A DNA stretch of 64,000 bases from Longimicrobiales bacterium (GTDB taxonomy: Bacteria > Gemmatimonadota > Gemmatimonadetes > Longimicrobiales > Gaopeijiaceae). Made by a program: the position numbers and the translations under genes. Where the stretch lies: contig CBDANQ010000060.1 in the NCBI GenBank assembly GCA_965197725.1, positions 1-64,000 on the forward strand, in the 5' to 3' direction. The notes beneath the pieces are model-generated. The model saw only the letters and a list, made by a program, of their open reading frames with translations. It was not told the origin of the DNA and did not search any database. Shown here in pieces: positions 51,575 to 61,753 of the stretch (position 1 is its first letter; the number at the start of each line of letters is the position of its first letter).

Positions 51575-51946
51575 ATGAACGAGCCGATCGCGAAGAAGGT
51601 CTACTACTCCATCGGGGAGGTGTGTGACCTCACGGGCCTCAAGCCGCACGTGCTCCGGTATTGGGAGACCCAGTTCGACGTCCTCAACCCGACCAAGAAC
51701 CGCGCCGGCAATCGCGTGTATCGATCGAAGGAGATCGAGATCATCCTGCTCGTGAAGCATCTTCTCTATGAGAAGAAGTACACGATCGAGGGCGCCAACA
51801 ATCGACTCGTAGAGATGCGCAGGGCGGATGAGTTGGAGCAGGAACGCCAGGACGTGCTCGAGCCGGAATTCCTCGCCGCCATCAAGACCGAGCTCGAAGA
51901 GCTCCGCGAGGTGCTCACGCCAGGCACGGCTTCGGAGCACGGCTGA
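51575..51946 (+). CDS. MerR-family HTH regulator
   Basis: YYSIGEV...LKPHVLRYWE..F...P.K...G.R.Y. Confidence 0.9.
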   Translation: MNEPIAKKVYYSIGEVCDLTGLKPHVLRYWETQFDVLNPTKNRAGNRVYRSKEIEIILLVKHLLYEKKYTIEGANNRLVEMRRADELEQERQDVLEPEFLAAIKTELEELREVLTPGTASEHG

Positions 51947-51962
51947 GGGGTAGCCCGCGGCC

Positions 51963-52712
51963 ATGAAGATCCTGTGCACGAACGACGATGGGTATATGGC
52001 GATCGGGATTCGCGTGCTCGCTTCGGCCGCCAGCGCGCTAGGCAGTGTCAGCACCGTGGCGCCCGATCGGCAACAGAGCGCGACGAGTCACTCCCTCACG
52101 CTACACCATCCGCTGCGGGCGCGCCACACGGTGGACGGGATGTTCGCAGTGGACGGTACTCCGACGGACTGCGTGATCCTGGGTGTGAACGAGCTTCTTT
52201 CCGAGCGGCCTGACATCTGCCTCTCAGGGGTGAACCACGGTCCGAACATGGGCGAAGACGTGCTCTATTCGGGAACCGTCGCCGCGGCCATGGAGGCTAC
52301 CGTGATGGGCATTCCCTCCATCGCCCTCTCCTACGTAGGAGACCGCTTCGAAGAGCTGGAGGGATGGGAAGCGGTGGTGCAGGCGATCCTCGAGGGACTC
52401 CTCGAGCGCAACGGTTTTCCCGAGGACACGTTGTTCAACGTGAACCTGCCGGCGGTAGCGCCTGACGAAGTGCGCGGCATCAAGGTCACCTCGCTGGGTC
52501 GGCGCCGGTATGCGGACTCGATCCTGCGCGCCAAGGATCCGATGGGCGAGGAGTACTTCTGGATCGGGGGTGGGTCGGTGAGCTGGCGGGGTCCCGAGGA
52601 CTCGGACTTCCAAGCTGTCGAGGACAGCTATGTTTCCGTGACTCCGCTGCACCTGGACCTCACCAACTACAAGCTGCTCGAGGAGATCCGCGCGTGGGAT
52701 CTGGGCCTTTAG
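51963..52712 (+). CDS. surE: 5'/3'-nucleotidase SurE
   Basis: ILCTNDDG, GTPTDCV, SGVNHG.N.G.DV.YSGTV. Confidence 0.96.
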   Translation: MKILCTNDDGYMAIGIRVLASAASALGSVSTVAPDRQQSATSHSLTLHHPLRARHTVDGMFAVDGTPTDCVILGVNELLSERPDICLSGVNHGPNMGEDVLYSGTVAAAMEATVMGIPSIALSYVGDRFEELEGWEAVVQAILEGLLERNGFPEDTLFNVNLPAVAPDEVRGIKVTSLGRRRYADSILRAKDPMGEEYFWIGGGSVSWRGPEDSDFQAVEDSYVSVTPLHLDLTNYKLLEEIRAWDLGL

Positions 52713-53368
52713 ACGACACCCGCTTCGTCGGATACCGGCGTAAGCTCATCGAGGTCATTCGGGCACGAGGGATCGACGACTTCGAGACGCTCCAGTACTT
52801 CGACATGGTGCCGCGTCATACCTTCCTGCCCGAGGGCGTTTGGCCGCGGGCGTACGAGGACGTGCCGATCCCAATCGGGTTCGGGCAGACCGCTTCGCAG
52901 CCGTCCCTGCAGGCGTATTACCTGTCCTTCCTCTCGCCCAAGCGCGACGAGAAAGTGCTCGAGATCGGCACCGGCAGCGGCTTCCTGACCGCGTTGCTCG
53001 CGCTCACGGCGGACCGAGTCTACTCGGTCGAGCGTGTACGGGAGCTGTCCGTACGCGCTCGCAAGGCGCTCGACGGAATGGGTGTAAAGAACGTCGCGCT
53101 GCTCGTAGGCGACGGCACGATCGGTTGGCGCAAGTACGAACCCTTCGACGTGATCGTCGTGTCGGCGGCCTCTCCCTCGATCCCGTCTGCCCTGGTCGAC
53201 CAGCTCGCGGATGGCGGCCGAATGTTGATCCCCGTCGGGTCCAAGGATTCGCAAGAACTCGTGCACGTGCAAAAAACCGGATTCCTCGTCACGGAGGACG
53301 TCGTGAAGGGGGAGGTCAGCTTCGTACCTCTGCTCGGTCGTTTCGCGTGGGCCGAGGGCGGAGGGTGA
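52694..53368 (+). CDS. pcm: Protein-L-isoaspartate O-methyltransferase
   Basis: VPRH.F, GQT.SQP, VLEIGTGSG, FVPL. Confidence 0.94.
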   Translation: MGSGPLDDTRFVGYRRKLIEVIRARGIDDFETLQYFDMVPRHTFLPEGVWPRAYEDVPIPIGFGQTASQPSLQAYYLSFLSPKRDEKVLEIGTGSGFLTALLALTADRVYSVERVRELSVRARKALDGMGVKNVALLVGDGTIGWRKYEPFDVIVVSAASPSIPSALVDQLADGGRMLIPVGSKDSQELVHVQKTGFLVTEDVVKGEVSFVPLLGRFAWAEGGG

Positions 53369-53979
53369 GCGAGACCCCATCGCGCCCCGGTCCTGTGCGG
53401 CGCCTCTACGACTGGGTGCTGCACTGGGCGGACACGCCGTACGGGGCACCCGCGCTTTTCCTGCTCGCGCTCGCGGAGTCCTCGTTTTTCCCGATTCCGC
53501 CCGACCCCTTGCTGATCGCGCTTTGCCTTGGTGCGGCGACTCGCTCTCTGCGGTTCGCCGCGATCGCAACAGCCGCATCGGTCATCGGCGGTATCATTGG
53601 CTACGGCATCGGGGCAGGGGCGTGGCACGTGGCCGAGCCCTGGTTCTTTGAGTACGTGCCGGGCGTCAGCCAAGAGGCGTTCGACGGGGTTCAGGGTCTC
53701 TACGACCGTTGGGACTTCTGGGCGATCTTCTTCGCCGGGCTCACACCAATCCCCTACAAGGTCTTCACGCTCTCGGCCGGCGTCTTCGCGATCAACTTCG
53801 GAGTCTTCCTCTTCGCGTCGGTGTTGAGCCGAGGGCTGCGGTTCTTCGTGCTCGCCGCACTGATCTTCAAGTTCGGCAAGCCGATCGAGGCATTCATCGA
53901 CCGCTATTTCAACGCGCTCCTCACGGTCTTCGGCATTCTGCTCCTCGGGGGTTTTCTCCTGATCGAGTTCGTACTCTAG
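53365..53979 (+). CDS. DedA/YqaA-family membrane protein
   Basis: AESSFFPIPPD and LTPIPYKVF; GTG start overlaps the pcm stop. Confidence 0.9.
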   Translation: MSETPSRPGPVRRLYDWVLHWADTPYGAPALFLLALAESSFFPIPPDPLLIALCLGAATRSLRFAAIATAASVIGGIIGYGIGAGAWHVAEPWFFEYVPGVSQEAFDGVQGLYDRWDFWAIFFAGLTPIPYKVFTLSAGVFAINFGVFLFASVLSRGLRFFVLAALIFKFGKPIEAFIDRYFNALLTVFGILLLGGFLLIEFVL

Positions 53980-54083
53980 CGCGGTGCCGATCACGCCATT
54001 TGTTGATGGGTGTCGCTCCGGCCTATATTCGGGACGGACGGGTGGGTATTCCCGTCGCCCTCTTTCGGATGGAGTCGCGAAGC

Positions 54084-54668
54084 ATGAGCGACGATAGCAG
54101 CGGGAGTCGGCTTCCACCTCCGGCGTTCCCGCCGGGCGCGCGCAAGCGCCTGGGCAGCAACAATTCGGGGCGTGCCTCCCCCGTGGATCTGGGCGGCGCT
54201 CTCATCTCGCCTGATGAACCGATTCCCGAGCGAGATCACTCGGTCGAGGACGCGTTCATCTCCCCTGACGACCCCATGCCCGATCGGAAGGATGCGATGG
54301 TCGAAGCGTCCATCCCGTCGGACGACTCGAGCGGAGCGTTCATTCCGCCGCATGATCCGTTTCCTCCCGGCGACGTCGTCACCGCGGACTCGGGCGGACT
54401 GCCGCAATTCGAGACCGAGGGTGGTGTAGTCACCGGCATGGGCATGGACGACCACATGGACGCTGAGGATCTCGCGTCCGGCGGCGATCCGTACGTGATC
54501 GACCTGGTGCAGAAGGTCGGCAAGCTGGCCGAAGCACTCAGGGCGAAGGGTGAGGCTGGCCTCCGCTTCTCGCCCGACATGGACCAGTTCGAGTCGACGC
54601 TGCGCGGATACTGCGTCGGCTACCTCGCTGGCCGGCGCGCCGAGGACGACCCGAGTTCGGACTACTAA
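54084..54668 (+). CDS. Hypothetical acidic protein with ISPD-type repeats
   Basis: ISPDEPIPER / ISPDDPMPDR / IPPHDPFP repeats and a helical C-terminus. Confidence 0.6.
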   Translation: MSDDSSGSRLPPPAFPPGARKRLGSNNSGRASPVDLGGALISPDEPIPERDHSVEDAFISPDDPMPDRKDAMVEASIPSDDSSGAFIPPHDPFPPGDVVTADSGGLPQFETEGGVVTGMGMDDHMDAEDLASGGDPYVIDLVQKVGKLAEALRAKGEAGLRFSPDMDQFESTLRGYCVGYLAGRRAEDDPSSDY

Positions 54669-54769
54669 CCGGCACTGGCTCCGACGCAGGTGGGCGGCGT
54701 TCCGCGGTGGACGCCGCCCCTTCTGATGTCCCTAGGCGAGTGCTAGTGTTCTGCGCTTTCACATGTCGG

Positions 54770-54810
<41 letters not shown>

Positions 54811-54911
54811 CCCGTCAGGCTTGGGGGGCTTTCGCATATCTGGCGTACTTCTGCGGATTTCTTCACTAGCCTTGCGAACCGCTCAAGCAGGTTTCACCGT
54901 GTTTCCGCCTC

Positions 54912-54935
54912 CCAACATGCACACCAACATGCACA
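54912..54935. repeat. 12-bp tandem repeat (possible integrase arm site)
   Basis: CCAACATGCACA x2, ~100 bp after the tRNA-Arg fragment. Confidence 0.7.
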
Positions 54936-55097
54936 CACCTCACTCGGTTCTGATCTGAGCCACCATCGCCCGAGAGCAGGGGAGGCTGAAAAGCCTCATC
55001 GGCGGTGAGGGCAGCATCTCCACCTTCACCCTTTCCTTCTCACCTCTCAAGTCGCCCGTCAGCCCCCCCAAGGGGGGGCTTGGGTCCCATTTTATAC

Positions 55098-56582
55098 TTA
55101 TTCGCGAGCGCCGTCCCGCCAGCGTCGCACCTGTTCAGCGGCGATGTCCCGGCTGCCGAGCCCGAAAGCCAGTGCGACCGAGACTGCGACGGCGCCGATC
55201 GAGAGACCGAACGCGAGCTCGATGATCCGCTCGCCAAGCCCCATCTGCCTGAGCGCCATTGCGCCGGCAAGCACCAGGATCGAGACCCGCGACGCGATCG
55301 CGAGCGTCTCGGCCTGTCCGACGCCGCTGTCCCGTACAGTCGTGGCCGCCAGGCCGGCGAGCCAAAGGCCGATCCCGAAGATCAGGAGGCCAAGCAGCAC
55401 CTGGGCGCCGAACTCGATTAAACCCCTCAGAACCTCGCTCAAAGACGTGAAGCCGATCATGCTGGCCGCTTCGACGGTGGCGAAGACCATGATGGCCACC
55501 AGCGTCAGCGAGCCGGCGATCTCCGACAGCGAACGTCCGCCCGGCCGGTCCGCGCCCTTGAAACCGAGCTTTGCCAAGACGCCGTCGAATCCAGCACTGG
55601 CCAGCACATTCGTGATGAGCCCGCTCACGAACTTGCCTGCTACGTAAGCGATGAGGAGCAACAGAGCCGCCGCAAACAGGCCTGGAACCGTGTTCAAGAT
55701 GCTTGCCAGCATGGCGCTCGCCGGGTTCGTGATCGCGTCGAGCTGAAGCGCGTTGAGAGACGAGATCACGACCGGGACCAGAATCAGGACGTAGAGCACC
55801 AGTCCGACGAGGTTCGAGACCTTCGAGTTCCCCATGCCCTCGATACCGAGTCGCTCGGGCAGCGAGTCCGCCCCTGCGGCCGCGAGCAGGTTCGTGACGA
55901 TGCGCTGAACCAGACGGGCGACGAGCCAACCGACGGCGAAGATCAGGCCAGCGGCCAGGAGATTGGGCAGGAAAGACAGAACTCGATCTGTGAGCCCCTG
56001 TACGGGCGCGAGGAGCCCCTCGATGGCCAGCGCGCCCAGAACCGCCGGAAGGAAGAGGAGAAAAACCAGCCAATACACGGCGTCCGCGAGAGTACGGCTG
56101 AGGGATAGGCTGCCGCCTTCCTCGAGCGTTCTCTCGCCCAACCTCTCGTCGAGGTTCGCGGCCGACATGGCTCCGGACACGATGCGACGGAGTGCGGTGG
56201 CGACCACCCATGCCAGGATCAGGAGACCTGCCGCGCCGAGGACCCGCGGCGCGAACTCGGAGAGCTGCGTCAGCAGCGCGTTCAGCGGCTCGGTGATGAG
56301 GTCCAGGTTCAGCGCCTGAAAGAACGCGACCAGGACGAAGAGCATGACGAGATAGAAGACTGCCTTCCCGAACATGTTCTCGATCGGGAGTGCGTCTCCA
56401 CGTTCTCCCCCGATCCAGGTCGCCAGGCGGTTGTCCAGCTCGGTACGATTCAGGACCCTGCGCACGACCGCAGCCAAAATGCGGGCGGCCAGCCAGCCGC
56501 CGACGAGAATGGCCGTCGCGGCTGCCAGGTTCGGCACATAGGTCCAAGCGATTTCGAGCATCTGATTGAGACTGTCTCGCAT
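55098..56582 (-). CDS. TM-helix-repeat (CmpX / MscS-associated) membrane protein
   Basis: Repeated P.L.AA.LI...GW..A units and C-terminal ALAFGLGSRD.A. Confidence 0.82.
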   Translation of the reverse strand: MRDSLNQMLEIAWTYVPNLAAATAILVGGWLAARILAAVVRRVLNRTELDNRLATWIGGERGDALPIENMFGKAVFYLVMLFVLVAFFQALNLDLITEPLNALLTQLSEFAPRVLGAAGLLILAWVVATALRRIVSGAMSAANLDERLGERTLEEGGSLSLSRTLADAVYWLVFLLFLPAVLGALAIEGLLAPVQGLTDRVLSFLPNLLAAGLIFAVGWLVARLVQRIVTNLLAAAGADSLPERLGIEGMGNSKVSNLVGLVLYVLILVPVVISSLNALQLDAITNPASAMLASILNTVPGLFAAALLLLIAYVAGKFVSGLITNVLASAGFDGVLAKLGFKGADRPGGRSLSEIAGSLTLVAIMVFATVEAASMIGFTSLSEVLRGLIEFGAQVLLGLLIFGIGLWLAGLAATTVRDSGVGQAETLAIASRVSILVLAGAMALRQMGLGERIIELAFGLSIGAVAVSVALAFGLGSRDIAAEQVRRWRDGARE

Positions 56583-57164
56583 CGGTCCGGCTCCTTTCTA
56601 GCTAATGGCCCGATTGACGGGTCTCCCGACGCGTCAGACAGGAGCCCGGCCCAAAAGTCACATGGCGAGGGCTCCCGACCACCGGAGCATCCCGTACTGG
56701 GCCGATGTGACTTCAGTCCTCGAGCCCAGTCTATCGTGTGAGTCACCCCCGCGCGAACCGTTGCGCTCACACCGACAGGAGACCTCGAGACGGGAAGCCA
56801 TTCAGTCGCCTTTGACCCTAGAAACAGGCCTTGGGGGTATCCATTGGAGTTGGCCCCGCACGGTGGACGGTTTTGGACTAGAGATTCACGCGGCGGGGGC
56901 GTGTTCCTTTTCGTAGTTAAGAGGAGACAATTGGCCGAGGGCAGAGTGCCGTCGGTGGGGATTGTACCAGGCTTCGATGAAGTCGAACACGGCCATCCTG
57001 GCCTCGGCCTGATTGCGGAAGCTCTTTCGTTCGATGAGTTCGGTCTCGAGCGTGGCGAAGAAGCTCTCGCACATCGCGTTATCGTACGCGTCGCCGACCG
57101 AGCCCATCGAGGGTCGGACGCTGGCCTCTTTGCAGCGTAGGCCGAAGGCGATCGAGGTGTACTG

Positions 57165-58791
57165 GGTGAATTCAAGCGGTCGTCGCAACACCTCGAGGAG
57201 GAGTTGCGATGGAGGCAAGCAAGCGCCGACGAGCGGATCGAGCTCTACGTCCACAGATGCGTTCACCAGGCCGTCCGCCGGTGGGACGCCGCGAGCATCG
57301 GCAGAGGTTCTGGGAAGAGGTCGCTCGAGGTCTGTCGAGCGAGGAGGCCGCCGTGGCAGCGGGTGTGTCCCCCGCTGTCGGGGTGCGCTGGTTTCGCGAA
57401 TGTGGTGGCATGGCACCCCTCAATCTTCGTCCCCAGTCACGGCGCTATCTTTCGTTCGTTGAGCGAGAAGAGATCGCCGTTCTTCGAGCCCGTGGTCGTG
57501 GCGTGCGCGAGATCGCCCGGCAGTTGGGCCGCTCACCCTCGACGATCTCGCGAGAACTGGGGCGAAACGCAGCTACACGGGGAGGCAATCTCGAGTATCG
57601 GGCCACGACCGCTCAATGGCACGCCGATCGGCGAGCGAAACGTCCCAAGCTTGCGAAGCTCGCTACGAACGGTGAACTGAGGCAGTATGTACAGGATCGC
57701 CTCGGAGGCCTGATCGCGGCTTCAGATGGTACGGCCGTGGCGGGCCCCGATGAGCGCTGGATCGGACGGCGTCGCGGTCGCCGACAAGACCGGCGGTGGG
57801 CGGTCTCGTGGAGTCCCGAGCAGATCGCCAACAGGCTACGGGTCGACTTCCCCGACGATGAGTCCATGCGTATATCGCACGAAGCCATCTACCAGGCGCT
57901 CTACGTTCAGGGCCGTGGTGCGCTGCGACGGGAGCTGACAGCGTGCCTTCGGACGGGACGCGCGCTACGGGTGCCTCGAGCTCGCACCCGCGGACGGGGC
58001 AAGACGTTCGTTCACCCCGAGATCATGCTCAGTGAGCGACCGGCCGAGGCAGACGACCGCGCCGTTCCCGGGCACTGGGAAGGCGACCTGATCCTGGGAC
58101 TGGGCAGTTCGGCGATCGGAACGCTGGTCGAGCGGGCCTCCCGGTTTACGATGCTGCTCCACCTCCCCCGCCTTGACAAACACGGCGAGCCCAGGACCAA
58201 GAACGGTCCAGCGTTGGCTGGACACGGTGCCGAAGCCGTCCGGGACGCGATTGCTTCGTCGATCACGACCCTGCCCGAGCAACTCCGCCGGTCTCTGACA
58301 TGGGACCAGGGAACAGAGATGGCTCAGCACGAACGGCTTCGCATCGATACTGGCCTGGCCGTCTACTTCTGCGACCCGCAGAGCCCGTGGCAGCGCGGCA
58401 CGAACGAAAACACGAACGGCCTGTTGAGACAGTACTTCCCGAAGGGCACCGACCTCAGCAGACATACCGCTGACGATCTCGCCGCCGTCGCAGCCGCTCT
58501 CAACAGCCGCCCCCGCAAGACCCTCGGTTGGAGAACTCCGGCGGAAACCTTGGAAAATCTGTTGTCATCAAAGGACCAGACCTCAACCTTGCGTTGAAAT
58601 GCTCTACCGCTCCCGTATCTCCAGCCTTCAACGACCTTCGGTCGCTTCTGACTCCCTCGGGTTGGGAGACATCAAGAACTGACTTCTTTCTGTCTGGACC
58701 CCATCGCCCTCGCCAGCCTAGTGTCCAGCAACATCGGGGCGCATGAAAACCCTTCAACACGGTACTGTTGCGACGACCGCTTGAACCTAGG
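57165..58791 (+). mobile_element. IS30-family element nested in IS3 orfB
   Basis: IR core TTCAAGCGGTCGTCGCAACA at both ends; duplicated CTG (57162-57164, 58792-58794). Confidence 0.9.
57209..58597 (+). CDS. IS30-family transposase
   Basis: HTH (LGRSPSTISREL), GHWEGDL, LTWDQGTEM, PWQRGTNENTNGLLRQYFPKG. Confidence 0.95.
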   Translation: MEASKRRRADRALRPQMRSPGRPPVGRREHRQRFWEEVARGLSSEEAAVAAGVSPAVGVRWFRECGGMAPLNLRPQSRRYLSFVEREEIAVLRARGRGVREIARQLGRSPSTISRELGRNAATRGGNLEYRATTAQWHADRRAKRPKLAKLATNGELRQYVQDRLGGLIAASDGTAVAGPDERWIGRRRGRRQDRRWAVSWSPEQIANRLRVDFPDDESMRISHEAIYQALYVQGRGALRRELTACLRTGRALRVPRARTRGRGKTFVHPEIMLSERPAEADDRAVPGHWEGDLILGLGSSAIGTLVERASRFTMLLHLPRLDKHGEPRTKNGPALAGHGAEAVRDAIASSITTLPEQLRRSLTWDQGTEMAQHERLRIDTGLAVYFCDPQSPWQRGTNENTNGLLRQYFPKGTDLSRHTADDLAAVAAALNSRPRKTLGWRTPAETLENLLSSKDQTSTLR

Positions 58792-59361
58792 CTGGGTACC
58801 CTGATCGCTATGATGGATGACACCGTTCGGTCGTCGTTGCTGCAGCGCCATGTTCAGCGCGTCGAGCACGAGATCGGTCTTGAGATGCGTCTTCATCGAC
58901 CATCCGACCACATGGCGGCTCCACGCATCGACGACGACTGACAGGTACAAGAAGCCGCTCCCGGGTCGGCACGTAGGTGATGTCGGCAACCCAGAGCTGG
59001 TCCGGGCCGTGCACACTGAAGTCGCGCGCGACGAGATCGGGGGCAGGTCGAGCATCTCTGTTTCGCTTCGTCGTGCGCCACTTCCTTCGCCGCGTAGCGC
59101 CTTGTAGTCCTGCCAGCCTCATCAGACGACGCACCCGCTTGTGGTTGACCTGCCAGCCGTCGTCCCTGAGCTCGGCGTACATCCGTGGCTGGCCATACGT
59201 CTCACGGCTGAACGTGTGGATCTCACGCATCCGACCTAGCAGTCGCTCGTTCTCGACCGCGCGATGCGATGGAGGACGCTTTCTCCATGCGTAGTACCCG
59301 CTGGGCGAGACGCTCAGGACTTCGCACATCATCTGCACGCTGAACTCGGCCTGGTTGGCCC

Positions 59362-59676
59362 TCACGAACTCGAACGCTTCGGGGGCACCGAGTCGGACTC
59401 CTGAGCGAACCAGGCCGCGGCTTTTTTTAGGATCTCCCGCTCGACACGAAGCCGCTTGTTCTCACGCCGAAGCTCGCGGAGCTCCTCGCGCTCTGACGAC
59501 GTCAGGCCGTCGCTTCTGACTCCCGTGTCGAGGTCCGTCTGCTTCACCCAATTGTGGATCGTCTGCGCTGTGGGCTCAAACTCCCGACTCAGCTCCTCAG
59601 GCGTGCGACCTGCTTTGACCAGCTCCACCATCTGCTGGCGGAACTCCAACGAATACGGCGGTCTCGTTCTTGGCAT
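59362..59676 (-). CDS. IS3 transposase OrfA
   Basis: YSLEFRQQMV...ELRELRRENKRLRVEREILKKAAAWF. Confidence 0.92.
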   Translation of the reverse strand: MPRTRPPYSLEFRQQMVELVKAGRTPEELSREFEPTAQTIHNWVKQTDLDTGVRSDGLTSSEREELRELRRENKRLRVEREILKKAAAWFAQESDSVPPKRSSS

Positions 59677-59815
59677 CGTGGACTCCTCTCTCTAAAGAGA
59701 ATAGGTGTCCACCGTCAGGGGCTAACTCCACATTTAGGCTACTGACGCTCCTTCTCACCGCCCAAGTCGCCCATCGCCATCACCCTCGCCTCCCACACCT
59801 CGAACCCACCGTCGC

Positions 59816-59844
59816 CCCCCCAGAGGCCCGGCGACCACCCTTTA
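59816..59844 (+). repeat. 29-bp direct repeat, copy 1 (copy 2 at 61329-61357)
   Basis: CCCCCCAGAGGCCCGGCGACCACCCTTTA is identical at both sites. Confidence 0.85.
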
Positions 59845-59884
59845 GTATCTTTCATCGGTGAGACCACTCACCACAGGAGTCCCG

Positions 59885-61039
59885 ATGAGCAACATGCAGA
59901 GGTCCTGTCTTCCGATCCGTCATCTCGTCCATCTCGTCGCACTGGTTGCCGTCGGCGCTCTGTCGACGGAGGTCGAGCTACTGGCAGCCCAGGCAGCCCA
60001 AATGCCTGATGCCAGCGAAATCGACGCCATCTTCGCCGAGTACGATGAGCCTGGATCGGTCGGATGCGCCTTGGGCGTCTCCCTGGACGGTGAGCTCGTC
60101 TACAAGAACGGGTACGGTTTCGCGAACCTGGATTGGGACATCCCCATCACGTCCACCACGGTCTTCTACACGGGCTCGATCTCGAAGCAGTTCACCGCCG
60201 CGGCCATCGCTCTCTTGTCCGATGAAGGAAAACTCGATCTCGACGATGACATTCGGCAGTACCTGCCGGAGAGGCCGGTCCGCGACCCGGCCATTACCGT
60301 ACGCCAACTGGTGCATCACATGAGTGGCATACCGAACATATGGCGTGTAATGCGGCAGAACGGGCACCCGACCTGGGACCGGTTCACTCGGGAGCAAGCC
60401 CTCGAGCTGCTCGCTCAGGCTGAACTCGATTTTCCACCTGGAGACCGGTACTCGTACTCGAACGGAGGATACTTCTCACTGGCGATAATCGTTGAACGGG
60501 CGAGCGGAAAATCATTACGGGAGTATGCCGCCGAGCAAATTTTCGGACCCTTGGGCATGATGGATACTCACTTTCAGGACGATCCGGTGCACATCGTGCA
60601 AAGCCGCGCCATGAGTTACCAGACCAGGCAGGACGGAGGTCAGGGCGTCGAGGGAAAATACTTCCAGAGCTACGAGGGAAATTTCGCGCTACCCGGACCC
60701 GGCGGCCTCTACACGACCGTCGAGGACATGCGCGAGTGGGAATGCAATTTCTTGAACAATCAACTGGGTGGACCCGACTTCATGGAAGTGATGCACACCA
60801 ACGGGATCCTCAACAGTGGCGAGGTCTTGAATTACGCTTTCGGCCTCCAGGTGGGTGAACGCGGCGGACTCAGGACCGTCGGCCACGGCGGTTCGTACAT
60901 GGGCTTCCGGGCCGACTACGTCCGTTTCCCAGAACAACGGTTCGCGGCGTGGGTGTTTTGCAACATGGGTAGCATCAACCCGGGTCCTCTCGGGCTCGCG
61001 GTGGCGGATCTGTTTCTGGCGGAGCAGATGGCGCGGTAG
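59885..61039 (+). CDS. Serine hydrolase (beta-lactamase class C-like family)
   Basis: AGGAG RBS, signal peptide, SISK (SxxK), YSN, HGG. Confidence 0.9.
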   Translation: MSNMQRSCLPIRHLVHLVALVAVGALSTEVELLAAQAAQMPDASEIDAIFAEYDEPGSVGCALGVSLDGELVYKNGYGFANLDWDIPITSTTVFYTGSISKQFTAAAIALLSDEGKLDLDDDIRQYLPERPVRDPAITVRQLVHHMSGIPNIWRVMRQNGHPTWDRFTREQALELLAQAELDFPPGDRYSYSNGGYFSLAIIVERASGKSLREYAAEQIFGPLGMMDTHFQDDPVHIVQSRAMSYQTRQDGGQGVEGKYFQSYEGNFALPGPGGLYTTVEDMREWECNFLNNQLGGPDFMEVMHTNGILNSGEVLNYAFGLQVGERGGLRTVGHGGSYMGFRADYVRFPEQRFAAWVFCNMGSINPGPLGLAVADLFLAEQMAR

Positions 61040-61075
61040 GGGGCCGATCCCCTGACCCGTGAGAACGGCGCGGCC

Positions 61076-61300
61076 GTGAATAGGATCTATCGAGTCACTT
61101 CCATCGGCCGACCGGTCGAGCCGAAGTACGCGACCAACAAGGCAATCCTGCTCCTGATGCCGGTCGCGGCGCTGATCGTGGGCGTCGTCAATTTGATCCA
61201 GGAAGCAGGTGGGGGGCCTGATGCGACCGGCCCCGTGGTAGCGTTTCTCGTGGTGTTCGGTTGTTGGGCGCTGGGCCGGGAATTGGCGCCCAGCACGGGA
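61076..61300 (+). pseudogene. N-terminal fragment of a membrane protein
   Basis: TSIGRP..P.Y.TN.AIL...TM...WALGRELAP, then runs into the C-rich repeat. Confidence 0.5.
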
Positions 61301-61328
61301 CTGACGGCCCGTCCCAGCCCTCCCTATG

Positions 61329-61357
61329 CCCCCCAGAGGCCCGGCGACCACCCTTTA
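61329..61357 (+). repeat. 29-bp direct repeat, copy 2
   Basis: Identical to 59816-59844. Confidence 0.85.
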
Positions 61358-61753
61358 TGGATGTTATACCCCCACGCGGCAATTTTTTGGGTTGGATTTT
61401 ACACTCAGTGAGTATAAAACAGCGGTGCTCATCCCATACTGAATAGCCGGCCCATCCGTCCACGCCTGAACGCCTCGCCGTGTGCCCACGTCCTAAGGTT
61501 TGGCGCTGACCCGACTATCCGACGCAATCCTGTTCGCTGTGAACACTGCCCGATGCGTGGATGCTGAAGCGGGTCCCGGAGTGTTCATTAAAAGTGTTAG
61601 CGGCCTTCCAATATTGCACACATGTGGCCATCGAAAATTGCACACTTGGCGCTTTGACCTAGCGGGCGGGAGAGTGGGGATGTAGGCACCACCCCGAGCG
61701 ATCTTCCGGCCGATCCACTCACTTGGCGCCTCCACCGAGAACGTGGAGGTGCA

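Larger units (their letters stand above)
56845..59730 (-). mobile_element. IS3-family element, interrupted by IS30 and frameshifted
   Basis: IRs TGGAGTTGGCCCC...GGTGGAC / GTCCACC...GGGGCTAACTCCA with 3-bp TSD CAT (56842-56844, 59731-59733). orfA at 59362-59676 has an A7G slip site. orfB is split at HSDQGTQ|YTS and has an extra base near 58962. Confidence 0.93.
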
